Positions 18,416 through 28,643 of a stretch of DNA of 40,377 nt are shown here, piece after piece. The DNA lies in assembly GCA_005222975.1 (NCBI GenBank), contig NJBI01000033.1, forward strand, positions 1-40,377. Direction: 5' to 3'. Source of the DNA: Promethearchaeota archaeon Loki_b31. Its GTDB lineage: Archaea > Asgardarchaeota > Lokiarchaeia > Sigyniarchaeales > SOKP01. The position numbers were made by a program, and so were the translations under genes. Each line of letters starts with the position of its first letter. Positions within the stretch are counted from its first letter, which is position 1. The notes under the pieces were generated by a model. That model searched no databases. It had not been told where the DNA came from and was given only the letters and a program-made list of their open reading frames with translations.

Positions 18416-19198
18416 TTAAACAAAGATTAAAATCTGTTTTTCTATTAGTTCGCCATCTATATTAATTGATCGATGCATTTTCCCTTTTCTAATGGCCATA
18501 ATCCTTAATAAGCGAGAGTCCTTGATATCTTTTGGAATTACAATCTCAGTTATGTTGTAGTTATTGAGCAAAATAATAATTTTCCAGTTATTAGGAATGT
18601 CCGTTTTAAAATCAGAAGCAACTAAATCTAAAACCATCTTAATATTTGCATCTGTATTACTCGTAATTCCAGTGCAAAACTGAATTCTTTTACCTAAATC
18701 ATCATCTTCAGCCTTTTTTTTAGATGGCTGTGGTATGTTTTTTTTGGTTGTGACTTTAATGGTTGCGTTAATAATAAAGGAGAGTAACAAATAACTATTT
18801 TCTCGAAATACATTAATTGCTTGGAGTAACTGATTTTTATTAATTTGATCAACAATATCTGCTTTGTAATTCTTTGTTTTACCCGTAGATTTTTTTAAAA
18901 TCCAATTTAACCCTAAATCCGTGATGGTCTCTGATAAATCCATGCCAGTAATTAGTTTTCCTTTTATTTCAAAACTTTGTTGTGGGTCCGAAATTGTTTT
19001 ACCGATAATTTCTGAAATTAAATCTTCATATTCATGAGTTCCTTTCAAAGTTATTTTTGTTTTAGTTTTAGTGATTTTTATTGCGGGACCAATAAAATCT
19101 CCTTTAGAATATCTGTAGAAATGTCTATGAATGTTCATATGATTTTTTGCAGGATCCTCTAAAATTGGGGTTTCAATTAATCTACTTAAAAAATGCAT
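18416..19198 (-). CDS. Hypothetical protein
   Basis: 260-aa Lys/Ile-rich ORF with host-like composition, co-oriented upstream of tfe. Confidence 0.7.
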   Translation of the reverse strand: MHFLSRLIETPILEDPAKNHMNIHRHFYRYSKGDFIGPAIKITKTKTKITLKGTHEYEDLISEIIGKTISDPQQSFEIKGKLITGMDLSETITDLGLNWILKKSTGKTKNYKADIVDQINKNQLLQAINVFRENSYLLLSFIINATIKVTTKKNIPQPSKKKAEDDDLGKRIQFCTGITSNTDANIKMVLDLVASDFKTDIPNNWKIIILLNNYNITEIVIPKDIKDSRLLRIMAIRKGKMHRSINIDGELIEKQILIFV

Positions 19199-19395
19199 TT
19201 TTATCTCATTAATATTCCTTTAATAATATAGATCTAAATAATGATAATATAAATAGAATATAACTTTAAATTTTAATTTATTTAATAAGAAGTGACAAAA
19301 TTAAGTCAAACGATTCTATTCTTGAGAACATTAATAAAGTTAAAAAAAAATAAAAGATAACATATAATTTAAATCATAAAAATATTTAGCGATTA

Positions 19396-19626
19396 TTGAT
19401 GTTGTTTACATTCCTTCAAAATAATGATTTTCAAGTTCCTTCATTAACTATTTGGATATTAGCGTGGATTTTTCTAATAGTTGGATTGTTAGGTTTAACG
19501 ATTTTAATAGTTTATACAAGATATGGAAGGGAATTATCAATTAAACTCTCGATCCTCTCAATAACCTTTGCAGCCGTATTTCTAGGTTTCGCGTTCCATT
19601 TCTTCCTTATATCGTTTGGTATATAA
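19396..19626 (+). CDS. Small 2-TM membrane protein
   Basis: Two hydrophobic helices separated by YTRYGRE. Confidence 0.65.
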   Translation: MMLFTFLQNNDFQVPSLTIWILAWIFLIVGLLGLTILIVYTRYGRELSIKLSILSITFAAVFLGFAFHFFLISFGI

Positions 19627-19819
19627 TTAATCTATTACAAAAGCACCTAATTTTAATTTTTTTCAACTTTGTATAATTATCCAATAATATTTTACTAATT
19701 TCAAAATTAGTTCAATCTCAATGTTAATCAATAGTAAATATAATCAACATTTATAAAAGAAGGAGAATTTTTTTCTTATAAATTATTATTTAAACAAACT
19801 TAAAAATTAAATTAGAGTT

Positions 19820-20245
19820 TTGAAAATGTTATTTCAAGGAGAAAGTACTTTATTCTTTATTTTGTGGCTAATACTAGCAACTGTAATTGTCGCGTTAATC
19901 ATTTACATCTCGGTTTTGCTTATTGGTTCTAAAACTAAAGCTTCTGATAAAAAATTTTTAATTATTCTCTTAGCTTTTATTTGCGTCTTAATAATACCAA
20001 TAATTCTGGGAGCAATAAATTCAGTATTAGGAGCAATTGGTAATTTAATAGATTTTAGTGGCTCAAACTATTTAACTCAATTAACGCCTATCATTGGATT
20101 TCTAATTATTTTAATTTTAACAAAATTTTTAATCGACCTTTCTTGGGATCAAGCTGTATGGATATCTTTACTAACATTGTTTTTCTTGTTTCTTCTCTAT
20201 ACTATGATACCAGATCTTTATGAATTCCTAGGATTTGGCCTTTAA
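19820..20245 (+). CDS. Hypothetical 4-TM membrane protein
   Basis: Four hydrophobic helices, followed by a long T-run terminator. Confidence 0.7.
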   Translation: MKMLFQGESTLFFILWLILATVIVALIIYISVLLIGSKTKASDKKFLIILLAFICVLIIPIILGAINSVLGAIGNLIDFSGSNYLTQLTPIIGFLIILILTKFLIDLSWDQAVWISLLTLFFLFLLYTMIPDLYEFLGFGL

Positions 20246-20334
20246 ATCTTTTTTTTTTATTTTACAATTATAATTGAAGTTTGGTTATTTAATTGATAAA
20301 TTATAGAAAATAGAGTAAAAAAGTGATAATTTGC

Positions 20335-23300
20335 TTAAATCTTTTCTTTTAATTTTAGACGTGGCGCAAGTCCTAAACTCATCATTTCTTGGAGTAGCAG
20401 TTTAAAAGCATAAGAACATACTACTTTTGATATTACAGTTCCTTGTCCACATATAGGACAATATCTTTTATCTTTGTTTCGATCGTAAACTGCTAAAAGC
20501 CCACATTTCTCACAAACTAAAATTACAGTTCTATCAGACTCATCAAGCAATCTTTCCTTTAATAATAAAGCGGACCCATGACCCACTAAGCAATCTCGTT
20601 CCATCTCGCCGAATCGTAAACCTCCTTCTCTTGCTCTTCCTTCTGTTGGTTGTCTAGTTAGAATTTGAACTGGACCCCTTGCTCTTGCGTGAAGTTTGTC
20701 TGCAACAAGATGATACAATTTTTGATAATAAATTGGGGCGCAATAAATTCCTGCCTCATATTTTTCTCCTGTAATTCCGTTATACATTACCTCTCTTCCA
20801 TTAAATTCAAATCCCGCTTCTACTAATTGATCTTGAAGTTTCGTGATATCTTTCCATTCGAACGCTGTTGCATCGCCTAATTTTCCGGTTGTACACGCAA
20901 TTTTACCACTAATTCCTTCAAAGAGCTGTCCTAAGGTCATTCTTGATGGCATGGCATGAGGGTTTACAATAATATCTGGAATTACGCCATTTGAAGTGAA
21001 AGGCATGTCCTCAGCCGGTTGGACTAACCCCAGTACCCCCTTCTGTCCATGTCGTGAAGAGAATTTATCTCCTAATTCAGGAATACGTAGGTCTCTCACT
21101 TTAATTTTAACTAATTTATTACCATCAACAGTTTCAGAAATAATTACGGTATCTACAATTCCTTTCTCATTGTGACGCATATTTTTTGAAGTTTCTCTTC
21201 TATTTGGTTGCATCAATTCAAATTCTTCGTAAGATTTAATAAACCGTGGAGGAGATGTGCGTCCTATTAAAACATCGCCACCATTTACAGTGGTTTCAGG
21301 TTCGATAATTCCATCTTCTTCAGATAATAATCGATAAGATTCAGCGGATTTGAAACCTCTAACGCCTCTTTCTGGTATTTCGAATTTATCCAATTCTCCT
21401 CCGGGATATTTCCTTTCTTCGGCATCGTATGTTCTGAAGAAATGACTGCGTGCGAGACCGCGTTCTATTGAGGCTTTGTTTATAATAATTGCATCTTCAA
21501 TATTATAACCTTCAAAACTCATCATGCCAACTATGAAGTTTTGTCCCGCTGGTCGGCGATTAATTCCAATTATCTTCATTGAGCTCGTTATAACTAATGG
21601 TTGTTGAGGATAATGAAGTGTATGACCACGCGTATCAAGTTTTAAATGCATATTTGCAGCAAATAGTCCTAATGCTTGTTTAACCATTCCCGCTTCGTAT
21701 GTATTTCGTGGAGATTGATTATGTTCTGGAAATGGAATTATTGAAGCGCATATTCCTAAAATAGCAGCAGGAGAAATCTCTAAATGTGTATGTTCAGCCG
21801 TAATATCTTCTTCAAACATAGCAATATAAGCATTCTCTTCTTCTTCTGCGTCTAGATATTCAATAACGCCTTTCTGAATCAAATCTGTCCACTCATACTT
21901 ATCTTGTTTAATTTTCTCTATATCTTCTTTTGTAATGAGGATTTGTTTGTTCTTAATAATAAATAAAGGTCTAGTCGCTCTCCCTGCATCGCAATTTATT
22001 TGAATCTCTTTAGAATCGCTATAATATCCAATATTTACATGTTGACCAATTTCGCCTTTACGTCTCTTCTCTCTAAGTTGATTTAAAAAGGGATTATGTT
22101 TTTGATGAATACCGACTAATTTGCCATTAAGAAATACATTTACCTTTTCCCCTTTTACTCTTTTTACTTCATTAATTGGAATTACTCCTAAATCTATTAA
22201 TATGTTTTCAATAATTCTCTCATCGGCGCCAACAGAAATAATAGACGCTAATCCAAGATTTTTAACCAAACCACAATTTGGCCCTTCTGGAGTTTCTGCT
22301 GGACAAATTTTACCCCATTGGGTGGGATGTAAATCTCTAGCTTCAAAATGCGGTTGACTTCTACTTAATGGCGATATTACTCTCCTTAAATGACTTAATG
22401 TTCCAACATGATTTGTTCTATTCAACAATTGACTAACGCCAGCTTTACCTCCAACCCAGTTGCCTGTTGCTAAAGCATGTCTTATTCTTTCAGTAATTAC
22501 ATCAGCTCTCACAGCAGTTTTGATATTAGGAGCTCTCCCTCGAACAGCAGTACGTTCTAGTTGGTACTTTATATCTTTTACAAGATTTAAAAACGCAACT
22601 CTAAATAAGGATGTAAATAATTCACCAGCTAATTTCAATCTTTTATTGGCATAATGATCTTTATCATCAGACTCACGAAATTTTAAGGCGAGTTCCATAA
22701 CTTTTTGAGCCATTTGACCTAAATAATAAGCTTTCTTTATTCGATCCTCTTCCGCATTTCCAATATGAGGTAAAAGGTATCTATCTAAAACTTGAAGCGC
22801 TCTTCTAATTCGGTAATCCTTTGTTTGCCCAATAGCGACTCTCTTTCCTATATAATCTAAAGCATTTTGTTGAGATTTCTCAGAATCTTTTAATACTTGG
22901 ATTTCCGAAGCGACATCTATAACTGGAATCAATTCTTTCTGAATATCATCATTTTCTGAAATGGCTTCAAAAATTTCTTTATCAGAGTGTAACCCTAAGG
23001 CACGCATTAAGATCGCAAGCGGAATTTTGCCTGGAACAGAAGGAAACGAGACTCTTAAATTTCCGTCTTTCTTTCTTTCGATAGTTACAGGTGCCCGAAA
23101 ACCACTTCTTGTAGAAAATACTTTTGCTTGATGTGTAGCACTTGAACTTCTACTTGCCTCTTCCGCTAAAATTCTATTGGGAGCTAAATCTTCTTGCGTC
23201 ACCAGTACGCGTTCAGTCCCATTTATTATAAAATATCCACCGGGATCAAGTGGGTCTTCTCCTCGGTTAATTAACTCTTGTTCTGTTAAGTTTTCCAAAG

Positions 23301-23706
23301 GGCAACGACAACTTTTTAGCATTATAGGAATTTTACCAATATATATATCAAGTGTCTCTTCCGCTTCCTCCCTTTGAGTTCGTTCATCAATAGTTATGGG
23401 AGTCATTTCTAATATAATATCCGCAGCATAACTTAATTCTCGAATTCTAGCCTCAATAGGTGTGATTTCCATCGTGGCACCGTCAGCTTCCCTGACTTTA
23501 GGTACCCCCACCTTAATTTTCCCAAAATTTATTTTGAAGCCGGGAATATCAGGTACTACTTCATTCGATTCATCTACTATACTTTGCATCTCATCTTTAA
23601 TAAAAATATTATAAGAATCGAGATGTTGACGCACTAGACCCTTCTCATCAAATAAGCTTTTTAAAACGACCCATTTATCGTTATTAGATAATCTTTCAGC
23701 ACTCAA
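20335..23706 (-). CDS. rpoB: DNA-directed RNA polymerase subunit B (Rpo2), unsplit
   Basis: GGYFIING.ERV, CPAETPEGPNCGLVKN, GDKFSSRHGQKG, GGLRFGEMERD and C-terminal Zn site. TTG start. Confidence 0.98.
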   Translation of the reverse strand: MSAERLSNNDKWVVLKSLFDEKGLVRQHLDSYNIFIKDEMQSIVDESNEVVPDIPGFKINFGKIKVGVPKVREADGATMEITPIEARIRELSYAADIILEMTPITIDERTQREEAEETLDIYIGKIPIMLKSCRCPLENLTEQELINRGEDPLDPGGYFIINGTERVLVTQEDLAPNRILAEEASRSSSATHQAKVFSTRSGFRAPVTIERKKDGNLRVSFPSVPGKIPLAILMRALGLHSDKEIFEAISENDDIQKELIPVIDVASEIQVLKDSEKSQQNALDYIGKRVAIGQTKDYRIRRALQVLDRYLLPHIGNAEEDRIKKAYYLGQMAQKVMELALKFRESDDKDHYANKRLKLAGELFTSLFRVAFLNLVKDIKYQLERTAVRGRAPNIKTAVRADVITERIRHALATGNWVGGKAGVSQLLNRTNHVGTLSHLRRVISPLSRSQPHFEARDLHPTQWGKICPAETPEGPNCGLVKNLGLASIISVGADERIIENILIDLGVIPINEVKRVKGEKVNVFLNGKLVGIHQKHNPFLNQLREKRRKGEIGQHVNIGYYSDSKEIQINCDAGRATRPLFIIKNKQILITKEDIEKIKQDKYEWTDLIQKGVIEYLDAEEEENAYIAMFEEDITAEHTHLEISPAAILGICASIIPFPEHNQSPRNTYEAGMVKQALGLFAANMHLKLDTRGHTLHYPQQPLVITSSMKIIGINRRPAGQNFIVGMMSFEGYNIEDAIIINKASIERGLARSHFFRTYDAEERKYPGGELDKFEIPERGVRGFKSAESYRLLSEEDGIIEPETTVNGGDVLIGRTSPPRFIKSYEEFELMQPNRRETSKNMRHNEKGIVDTVIISETVDGNKLVKIKVRDLRIPELGDKFSSRHGQKGVLGLVQPAEDMPFTSNGVIPDIIVNPHAMPSRMTLGQLFEGISGKIACTTGKLGDATAFEWKDITKLQDQLVEAGFEFNGREVMYNGITGEKYEAGIYCAPIYYQKLYHLVADKLHARARGPVQILTRQPTEGRAREGGLRFGEMERDCLVGHGSALLLKERLLDESDRTVILVCEKCGLLAVYDRNKDKRYCPICGQGTVISKVVCSYAFKLLLQEMMSLGLAPRLKLKEKI

Positions 23707-23751
23707 TTTTTGCCTAACCTATTTAATATTAATTTCAATAAAAGAGATTAA

Positions 23752-24009
23752 TTACACTTTTTCTTTTTTGACATAACGATAATAATTTATGAATTTTACT
23801 GTTGTACGAGAATCTCGAACAATCTTAACAATATCACCTTCTTTTGCACCAATCGCAATTGCTACTGGATCTTTTTCAAACATTTGAGGTAAATCAGAAA
23901 TATGTATTTTATATTTTTCTAACAAATTTTGCGATTCTTCTTTTGTTAAAAGATAATGTTTGGGAACCAGCTCATGAAGTAGAACATCTATCTTTCTTTT
24001 TTTAGTCAA
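23752..24009 (-). CDS. rpoH: RNA polymerase subunit H (Rpo5)
   Basis: HELVPKH.LL..EE, LPQ....DPV, GDIVKI.R.S and YYRYV motifs. Confidence 0.95.
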   Translation of the reverse strand: MTKKRKIDVLLHELVPKHYLLTKEESQNLLEKYKIHISDLPQMFEKDPVAIAIGAKEGDIVKIVRDSRTTVKFINYYRYVKKEKV

Positions 24010-24122
24010 AAAAAATCCTCTTTCCTTACTATATTTTTAAAAGAATATTCGATTTGTAAAAAAATTTTCCATTTTTACTAAATAATTTTCTTGAATTTTA
24101 TTATAAAATCAAAATTATTACT

Positions 24123-24761
24123 CTAATCTAATAAAGTAAGATCAAAAACCCAGTATCCAGATCTCTTACAAATTATCTTGATATCGAATATATTTGATAA
24201 ATTGCTATTTATGTATTTTAATACATATTCTGCGCCCATTTTTTTTTTAATCACGAATTGAAATAGTCCTTTTGGCTTTAAAAAATAAGGAACCTCTTCA
24301 AATATCTTGAGAAATTCTCTTCTACCATTGCGTAAAGGTGGATTCATATAAATTCCATCAAACTTTATGTTTTTATTTTTTATAGGTTTAAAATAGTTTC
24401 CTGATAAAGTAATAACTTTGTTTGTCCTATCCGATAAATTATATTTTATATTTTCCCTAGTGCACCAGATTGCTCTTTTATTTATATCAATTAGGTAAAC
24501 TGTGCTTTGAGGTGATTTATATGCTAACACAATTCCAATCGCACCATACCCGCACCCTAGATCGAGTAAAACGCTCTGTTTTTTTGGAACGGTCATGTGC
24601 TCAATAAAAACCTTAGTTCCTAAATCTAATTTTTTAAATGAAAAAACTCCCGTGATAGTTTTAAAAATAAATAAATGCTGTTTTAAACTTTCTGGAACGG
24701 AATAAACTTTAATTTTTACATCTGGGAACTGAGTAGAATAATGTTGGTTCTTTTGCTTCAT
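24123..24761 (-). CDS. Class I SAM-dependent methyltransferase (RsmC/MTS-like)
   Basis: HYS, GVFS...LD.GT, LDLGCGYG.IG, DIN.RA and NPP motifs. Likely start is MKQKNQHY at 24761. Confidence 0.88.
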   Translation of the reverse strand: MKQKNQHYSTQFPDVKIKVYSVPESLKQHLFIFKTITGVFSFKKLDLGTKVFIEHMTVPKKQSVLLDLGCGYGAIGIVLAYKSPQSTVYLIDINKRAIWCTRENIKYNLSDRTNKVITLSGNYFKPIKNKNIKFDGIYMNPPLRNGRREFLKIFEEVPYFLKPKGLFQFVIKKKMGAEYVLKYINSNLSNIFDIKIICKRSGYWVFDLTLLD

Positions 24762-24781
24762 ATTTTTATATTTTCTCACTT

Positions 24782-25792
24782 TTAGTTTTTGATTATTTCG
24801 TTCCACCGAGGATAAATGCCTCGTTCCATAAATATTTTATTGGTTTTAGCCACAATTCCAGATTTTGCCTTGTAAATCTTCATTGCATTCATATTAGCAG
24901 TACCAAAACCAATTAATTCTTTTTTAAGCGTCATGTAAACTATTTGCATATTATTATTGATCCGTGCATCTACATAACACGTTCCAGCAGAAGCTAAATC
25001 TGCACCATGACATAAAGCATCAACAGCAGTATCTCTTACATATATTTTTGGCAAATGTGATACCATTTTTTCCATAGGAGAAATTATTTTCCTCAAATAA
25101 TAGTCATCACCTTCTTCACGGTATATAGAATATGCATCTTTTAGATTATGAAGATTTACATGGCTCTTATCTTCTATAAAATTCCCTACTCTAGTTCGCC
25201 TTAATTCTAACATATGTGCTCCTGAACATAAAGCTTCTCCTATATCAAAACATAATTTTCGGATGTAAGTACCTGCTTCGCATCCGACCTTAAATAATAC
25301 ATGATTCTTATTTACCTCAAGCACTTTAGCATAATATATCTCTCTTATTCTTAATTTTCGAACTACTGATGATTTTATAGGAGGCATTTGATAAATTTTG
25401 CCCGTGAATATTTTAAATACTTTTTCAATTTTTTTTAATTTCTCAGGTGTGTGCAAATACATAACTCCTACATATTCTTTACCTGCATATAATAATGCCG
25501 ACAAAACTCTTGTAGCTTTACCAAGCGCACAAGGTAATATTCCAGTAACCTTTGGATCTAAAGTCCCTCCATGTCCTGCGTTATCAATTCCTAAAATCTT
25601 GCGGGCCCAGGAGACTACTTCATGGCTTGTTGGGCCACTGGGTTTATTTAAATTTATAACACCATATTTTAAGAGGGCTTCTATGTCTCTTTTGTCCGGT
25701 TCACACCCATATTCTTCGTTAGTAGTGTCTTGGGATTTAACTATTAATTGTTCGGGTTCATCAGATGGTAATTTAAATTCTATATCAACCAT
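24782..25792 (-). CDS. cbf5: H/ACA RNA-guided pseudouridine synthase Cbf5
   Basis: KPSGPTSHEV, GHGGTLDPKVTG, GTYIRKLC and ELRRTR motifs plus PUA domain. Start placed at MVDIEF (25792) because the longer track ORF runs into a tRNA gene. Confidence 0.95.
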   Translation of the reverse strand: MVDIEFKLPSDEPEQLIVKSQDTTNEEYGCEPDKRDIEALLKYGVINLNKPSGPTSHEVVSWARKILGIDNAGHGGTLDPKVTGILPCALGKATRVLSALLYAGKEYVGVMYLHTPEKLKKIEKVFKIFTGKIYQMPPIKSSVVRKLRIREIYYAKVLEVNKNHVLFKVGCEAGTYIRKLCFDIGEALCSGAHMLELRRTRVGNFIEDKSHVNLHNLKDAYSIYREEGDDYYLRKIISPMEKMVSHLPKIYVRDTAVDALCHGADLASAGTCYVDARINNNMQIVYMTLKKELIGFGTANMNAMKIYKAKSGIVAKTNKIFMERGIYPRWNEIIKN

Positions 25793-25935
25793 TTTTTTAG
25801 CTGTAAGAGAGCTTATTCGTTTTAACGATCTACCTTTATATTTACCTTTAATGCATACTCGATTAATTATTTCATGCAAAACTTTTCTTTTAAAAATAAA
25901 TTTTAACTCAGCCTTTACAAAGAGTAAAATATTAG

Positions 25936-26039
25936 CGGGCCATGTGGGAATTTCGCACCCGATCTTTTCGAACGAGCATATCGAACCCACGACCTTCAGG
26001 TTAAAAGCCTGCTGCGCTACCTGCCTGCGCTAATGGCCC
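25936..26039 (-). tRNA. tRNA-Lys(UUU) with a 30-nt intron in the T-loop (59/60; intron 25950-25979)
   Basis: Acceptor GGGCCAT/ATGGCCC, D stem GCGC/GCGC, anticodon loop CT-TTT-AA and T stem GTGGG/CCCAC. The insert forms a BHB (TTCG/CGAA helix, bulges ATA and ATT) that splices to the loop TTCGATT. Confidence 0.92.
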
Positions 26040-26194
26040 TGTGCTAATAGAATAATAATAAGATCAAATGTTTTAATTCTTGTTAAAAAGTTAAAATTAA
26101 AGTAAAATTGTAATGGATAAAATCTATAATAATTTATAACTTTTTCTGTAGTCGGTTCTGTTCTATATTTCTTGAATGTTTTCATTAAGGTAAA

Positions 26195-27211
26195 TTATTT
26201 AAAATGTTCATAACCTTGACTCTTTAATTCAATTCTTTTACCTTCTTTTATAAAATAGATTTTTTCCTCAGAAATTACCTTTCCGATCTTAAACAATTTT
26301 CCACCCCTCGAATTGACAAATTTTTGAGCCGCTTTAAAATTTTTGGCATTCGTTGTAAATAGATGAATAAATTCTTCTCCTCCATTAAAGACTAATTTTT
26401 CTAACGAGACATCGTAATCTTTCGAATATTTTATTGAATCTTGATGAATTAAATTTTCATTAAATTCAATTTCAAACCCCATTTTAGGATTTGACAAAAG
26501 CAAATCTTTTAAAGATTTAGATAACCCATCAGAAGAATCAATACTCGCCGTTGCTAATTGCTTATCCGCCAAAATAATACCTTCCTTTCCTATATCGTTT
26601 GGTTCTAATATACTTTTGATAGCTCTACTATATTTAGGAAAATCCTCTAATTTCTCTTTTCTATTTAAAATTATGTCAAATCCTACACCAGTTAAGCCAA
26701 ATTTATTGTTTATTAAAACTAAATCGTCTGGTTTTAAACCTTTTCGATAAATTATTTTTTTTGGATCCTTAAAACCAAATACAGTCGGATTTATAATTAT
26801 TTCTTTAGATTTATTAATATCTCCTCCCAGATAATTAATATTCCACAATTTCACATAATCGATAATTCCTTCAATCAAACATTTAAAATCTATAACTTTT
26901 AAATTTTCAGGAAGTCCTAGAGAAATAATGGCACCTTGGGGTTTTACGCCCTTAACAACAAGATCACTTATATTCATAAGAACAGATTTTCGTCCCATCT
27001 GATAAAAGGACATTTGTTCTGGAGCATCTGTTGCAGCATTGAACATGTCTGAGTTAAGAATAATATCTTTTAGGTTGTTTTCCTCTATAATTTTAAAAAA
27101 AAAAGAATCATCTCTAATTAATTTCCTTCCAGTTTTTTCAAAAATTAATTCTTCTATAATTCTTATTAATGTTATTTCTCCTATTGAACTAATATAATCG
27201 TTGTTATTCAT
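26195..27211 (-). CDS. thiL: Thiamine-monophosphate kinase
   Basis: GE..LI, DD, NISDL..KG..P, GGD, DSSDGL and GGEEF..LFT...G.EHF motifs. Confidence 0.92.
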   Translation of the reverse strand: MNNNDYISSIGEITLIRIIEELIFEKTGRKLIRDDSFFFKIIEENNLKDIILNSDMFNAATDAPEQMSFYQMGRKSVLMNISDLVVKGVKPQGAIISLGLPENLKVIDFKCLIEGIIDYVKLWNINYLGGDINKSKEIIINPTVFGFKDPKKIIYRKGLKPDDLVLINNKFGLTGVGFDIILNRKEKLEDFPKYSRAIKSILEPNDIGKEGIILADKQLATASIDSSDGLSKSLKDLLLSNPKMGFEIEFNENLIHQDSIKYSKDYDVSLEKLVFNGGEEFIHLFTTNAKNFKAAQKFVNSRGGKLFKIGKVISEEKIYFIKEGKRIELKSQGYEHFK

Positions 27212-27263
27212 TAGTTAAATTTTATAATTTTCTAATATTTATATTTAATATATTAAATATTTC

Positions 27264-27354
27264 GCCTTTGTGGCTTAGTCGTAGAGCGACTGATTCGTAA
27301 AATCAACTGGTTCGAATCATCAGTAGGCCGGGGGTTCAACTCCCCCCAGAGGCT
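27264..27354 (+). tRNA. tRNA-Thr(CGU) with a 19-nt canonical 37/38 intron (27300-27318)
   Basis: Acceptor GCCTTTG/CAGAGGC, anticodon stem ACTGA/TCAGT and T arm GGGGG-TTCAACT-CCCCC. A BHB (TTCG/CGAA, bulges TAA and TCA) gives the loop TT-CGT-AA. Confidence 0.92.
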
Positions 27355-27358
27355 CTAT

Positions 27359-28375
27359 TTACACATCCTCCATTACTATAAACTTTTTTATTATTTGTAA
27401 AGCAAGCATTTTGAAAGCATCATTTATATTTTCTCCAGTTTTAGCAGATGTTTCTATGTACGATAACTTTAATTCTTGCGCTAGTGATTCCCCCTCTTCA
27501 GTAGAAACCACTCTATCATTTTCTAAATCTATTTTATTTCCTACTAAAATAAGCGAAATGTTAGGAGACACCTTCCTAATTTCATTGTACCAATTCTTGT
27601 TGACATTTTCAAAAGATATTCGATTTGTTACATCATAAACTAAAATTCCTGCTTCTGCATTAGCCAAGTACATTTGTCTAACGCGTTTAAATTGAACTTG
27701 CCCTGCTAAATCCCATATTATAAACCTCACACTACTTTCAAGCCCTTCAAATGAACATTTCTTTTTCATAATTGAAGTACCTATCGTAGATTTATAATCA
27801 GTGGCAAAACTATTTTCAACATATCTGTGTACCATGCTTGTTTTACCAACTGCGCCATCTCCACCAAGGATTAATTTAAAAGCGTATTCTCCAGATTTTA
27901 TATTAATTTTTTGAAGTTTATCCACTTTTCGTTGGATATGTTTTATATCTTGTTCAGAAATTAACTTTGGAATAACGGGACTTACGGTTCTTCCGTCGAA
28001 AATTCGGGCAATCTTTTCAGATGCTAAATAAGCGTAAGGAAAAACGGGATCTACGCCCGCGATTGCATCTAAAACCGTAACAAGAATAGCTTCAGGTCCA
28101 GCTTCACAAAAAATGAATCTATAATCTTCAGTATCAAAAGTTCCCGTTCCAAAGGATCCTGAACTGAATTCTTCGGTAATTCTAGTTAATACGGGTTCTA
28201 CTAAAGCGCTTACACCACTAATAATTTCTTCATCTAGAGATTTTTCTGAAGAACCTATTAAAGAATCCATAACCAACCCGTCTCTATTTACCACTAAAAC
28301 TGCGATTAATTCATTACCAAGGCTTTGTTTATACCATTGGAGCAATGCTGCTAACTTTTTTGTATCAACTGACAA
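27359..28375 (-). CDS. Roadblock/LC7-domain fused Rab-like small GTPase
   Basis: N-terminal AVLVVNRDGLVM...AGPEAILVTV roadblock domain; C-terminal GDGAVGKT, STIG, WDLAGQ, NKID and ETSAKTG motifs. TTG start. Confidence 0.88.
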   Translation of the reverse strand: MSVDTKKLAALLQWYKQSLGNELIAVLVVNRDGLVMDSLIGSSEKSLDEEIISGVSALVEPVLTRITEEFSSGSFGTGTFDTEDYRFIFCEAGPEAILVTVLDAIAGVDPVFPYAYLASEKIARIFDGRTVSPVIPKLISEQDIKHIQRKVDKLQKINIKSGEYAFKLILGGDGAVGKTSMVHRYVENSFATDYKSTIGTSIMKKKCSFEGLESSVRFIIWDLAGQVQFKRVRQMYLANAEAGILVYDVTNRISFENVNKNWYNEIRKVSPNISLILVGNKIDLENDRVVSTEEGESLAQELKLSYIETSAKTGENINDAFKMLALQIIKKFIVMEDV

Positions 28376-28643
28376 AATTTCCCAATTTCTCCTTTTTGGT
28401 AAATCAAATTTTAAATAAACAAAATATATAAAAATAGTTAAAACTTTTAAATAAAAATTTTATTAAAAACAAAGTTCTTCATCTCTTTGTTAATTTGATT
28501 TATTCTGATTAGAATCCTATTAGTTTTACAATTAAATGATTAGAGAAAGTAAATAATAAAATTTTTTAATATTTCTACTCTTTAATGCTATTAAGATATA
28601 GAAATTTAAAGTGAAAAATTATCTGATTTTATTTAAAAACTTC

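Noticed and set aside
25793-25990. 66-aa N-terminal extension of Cbf5 in the ORF track
   Set aside because: It begins inside the tRNA-Lys gene and crosses AT-rich intergenic DNA; homology starts near MVDIEF.
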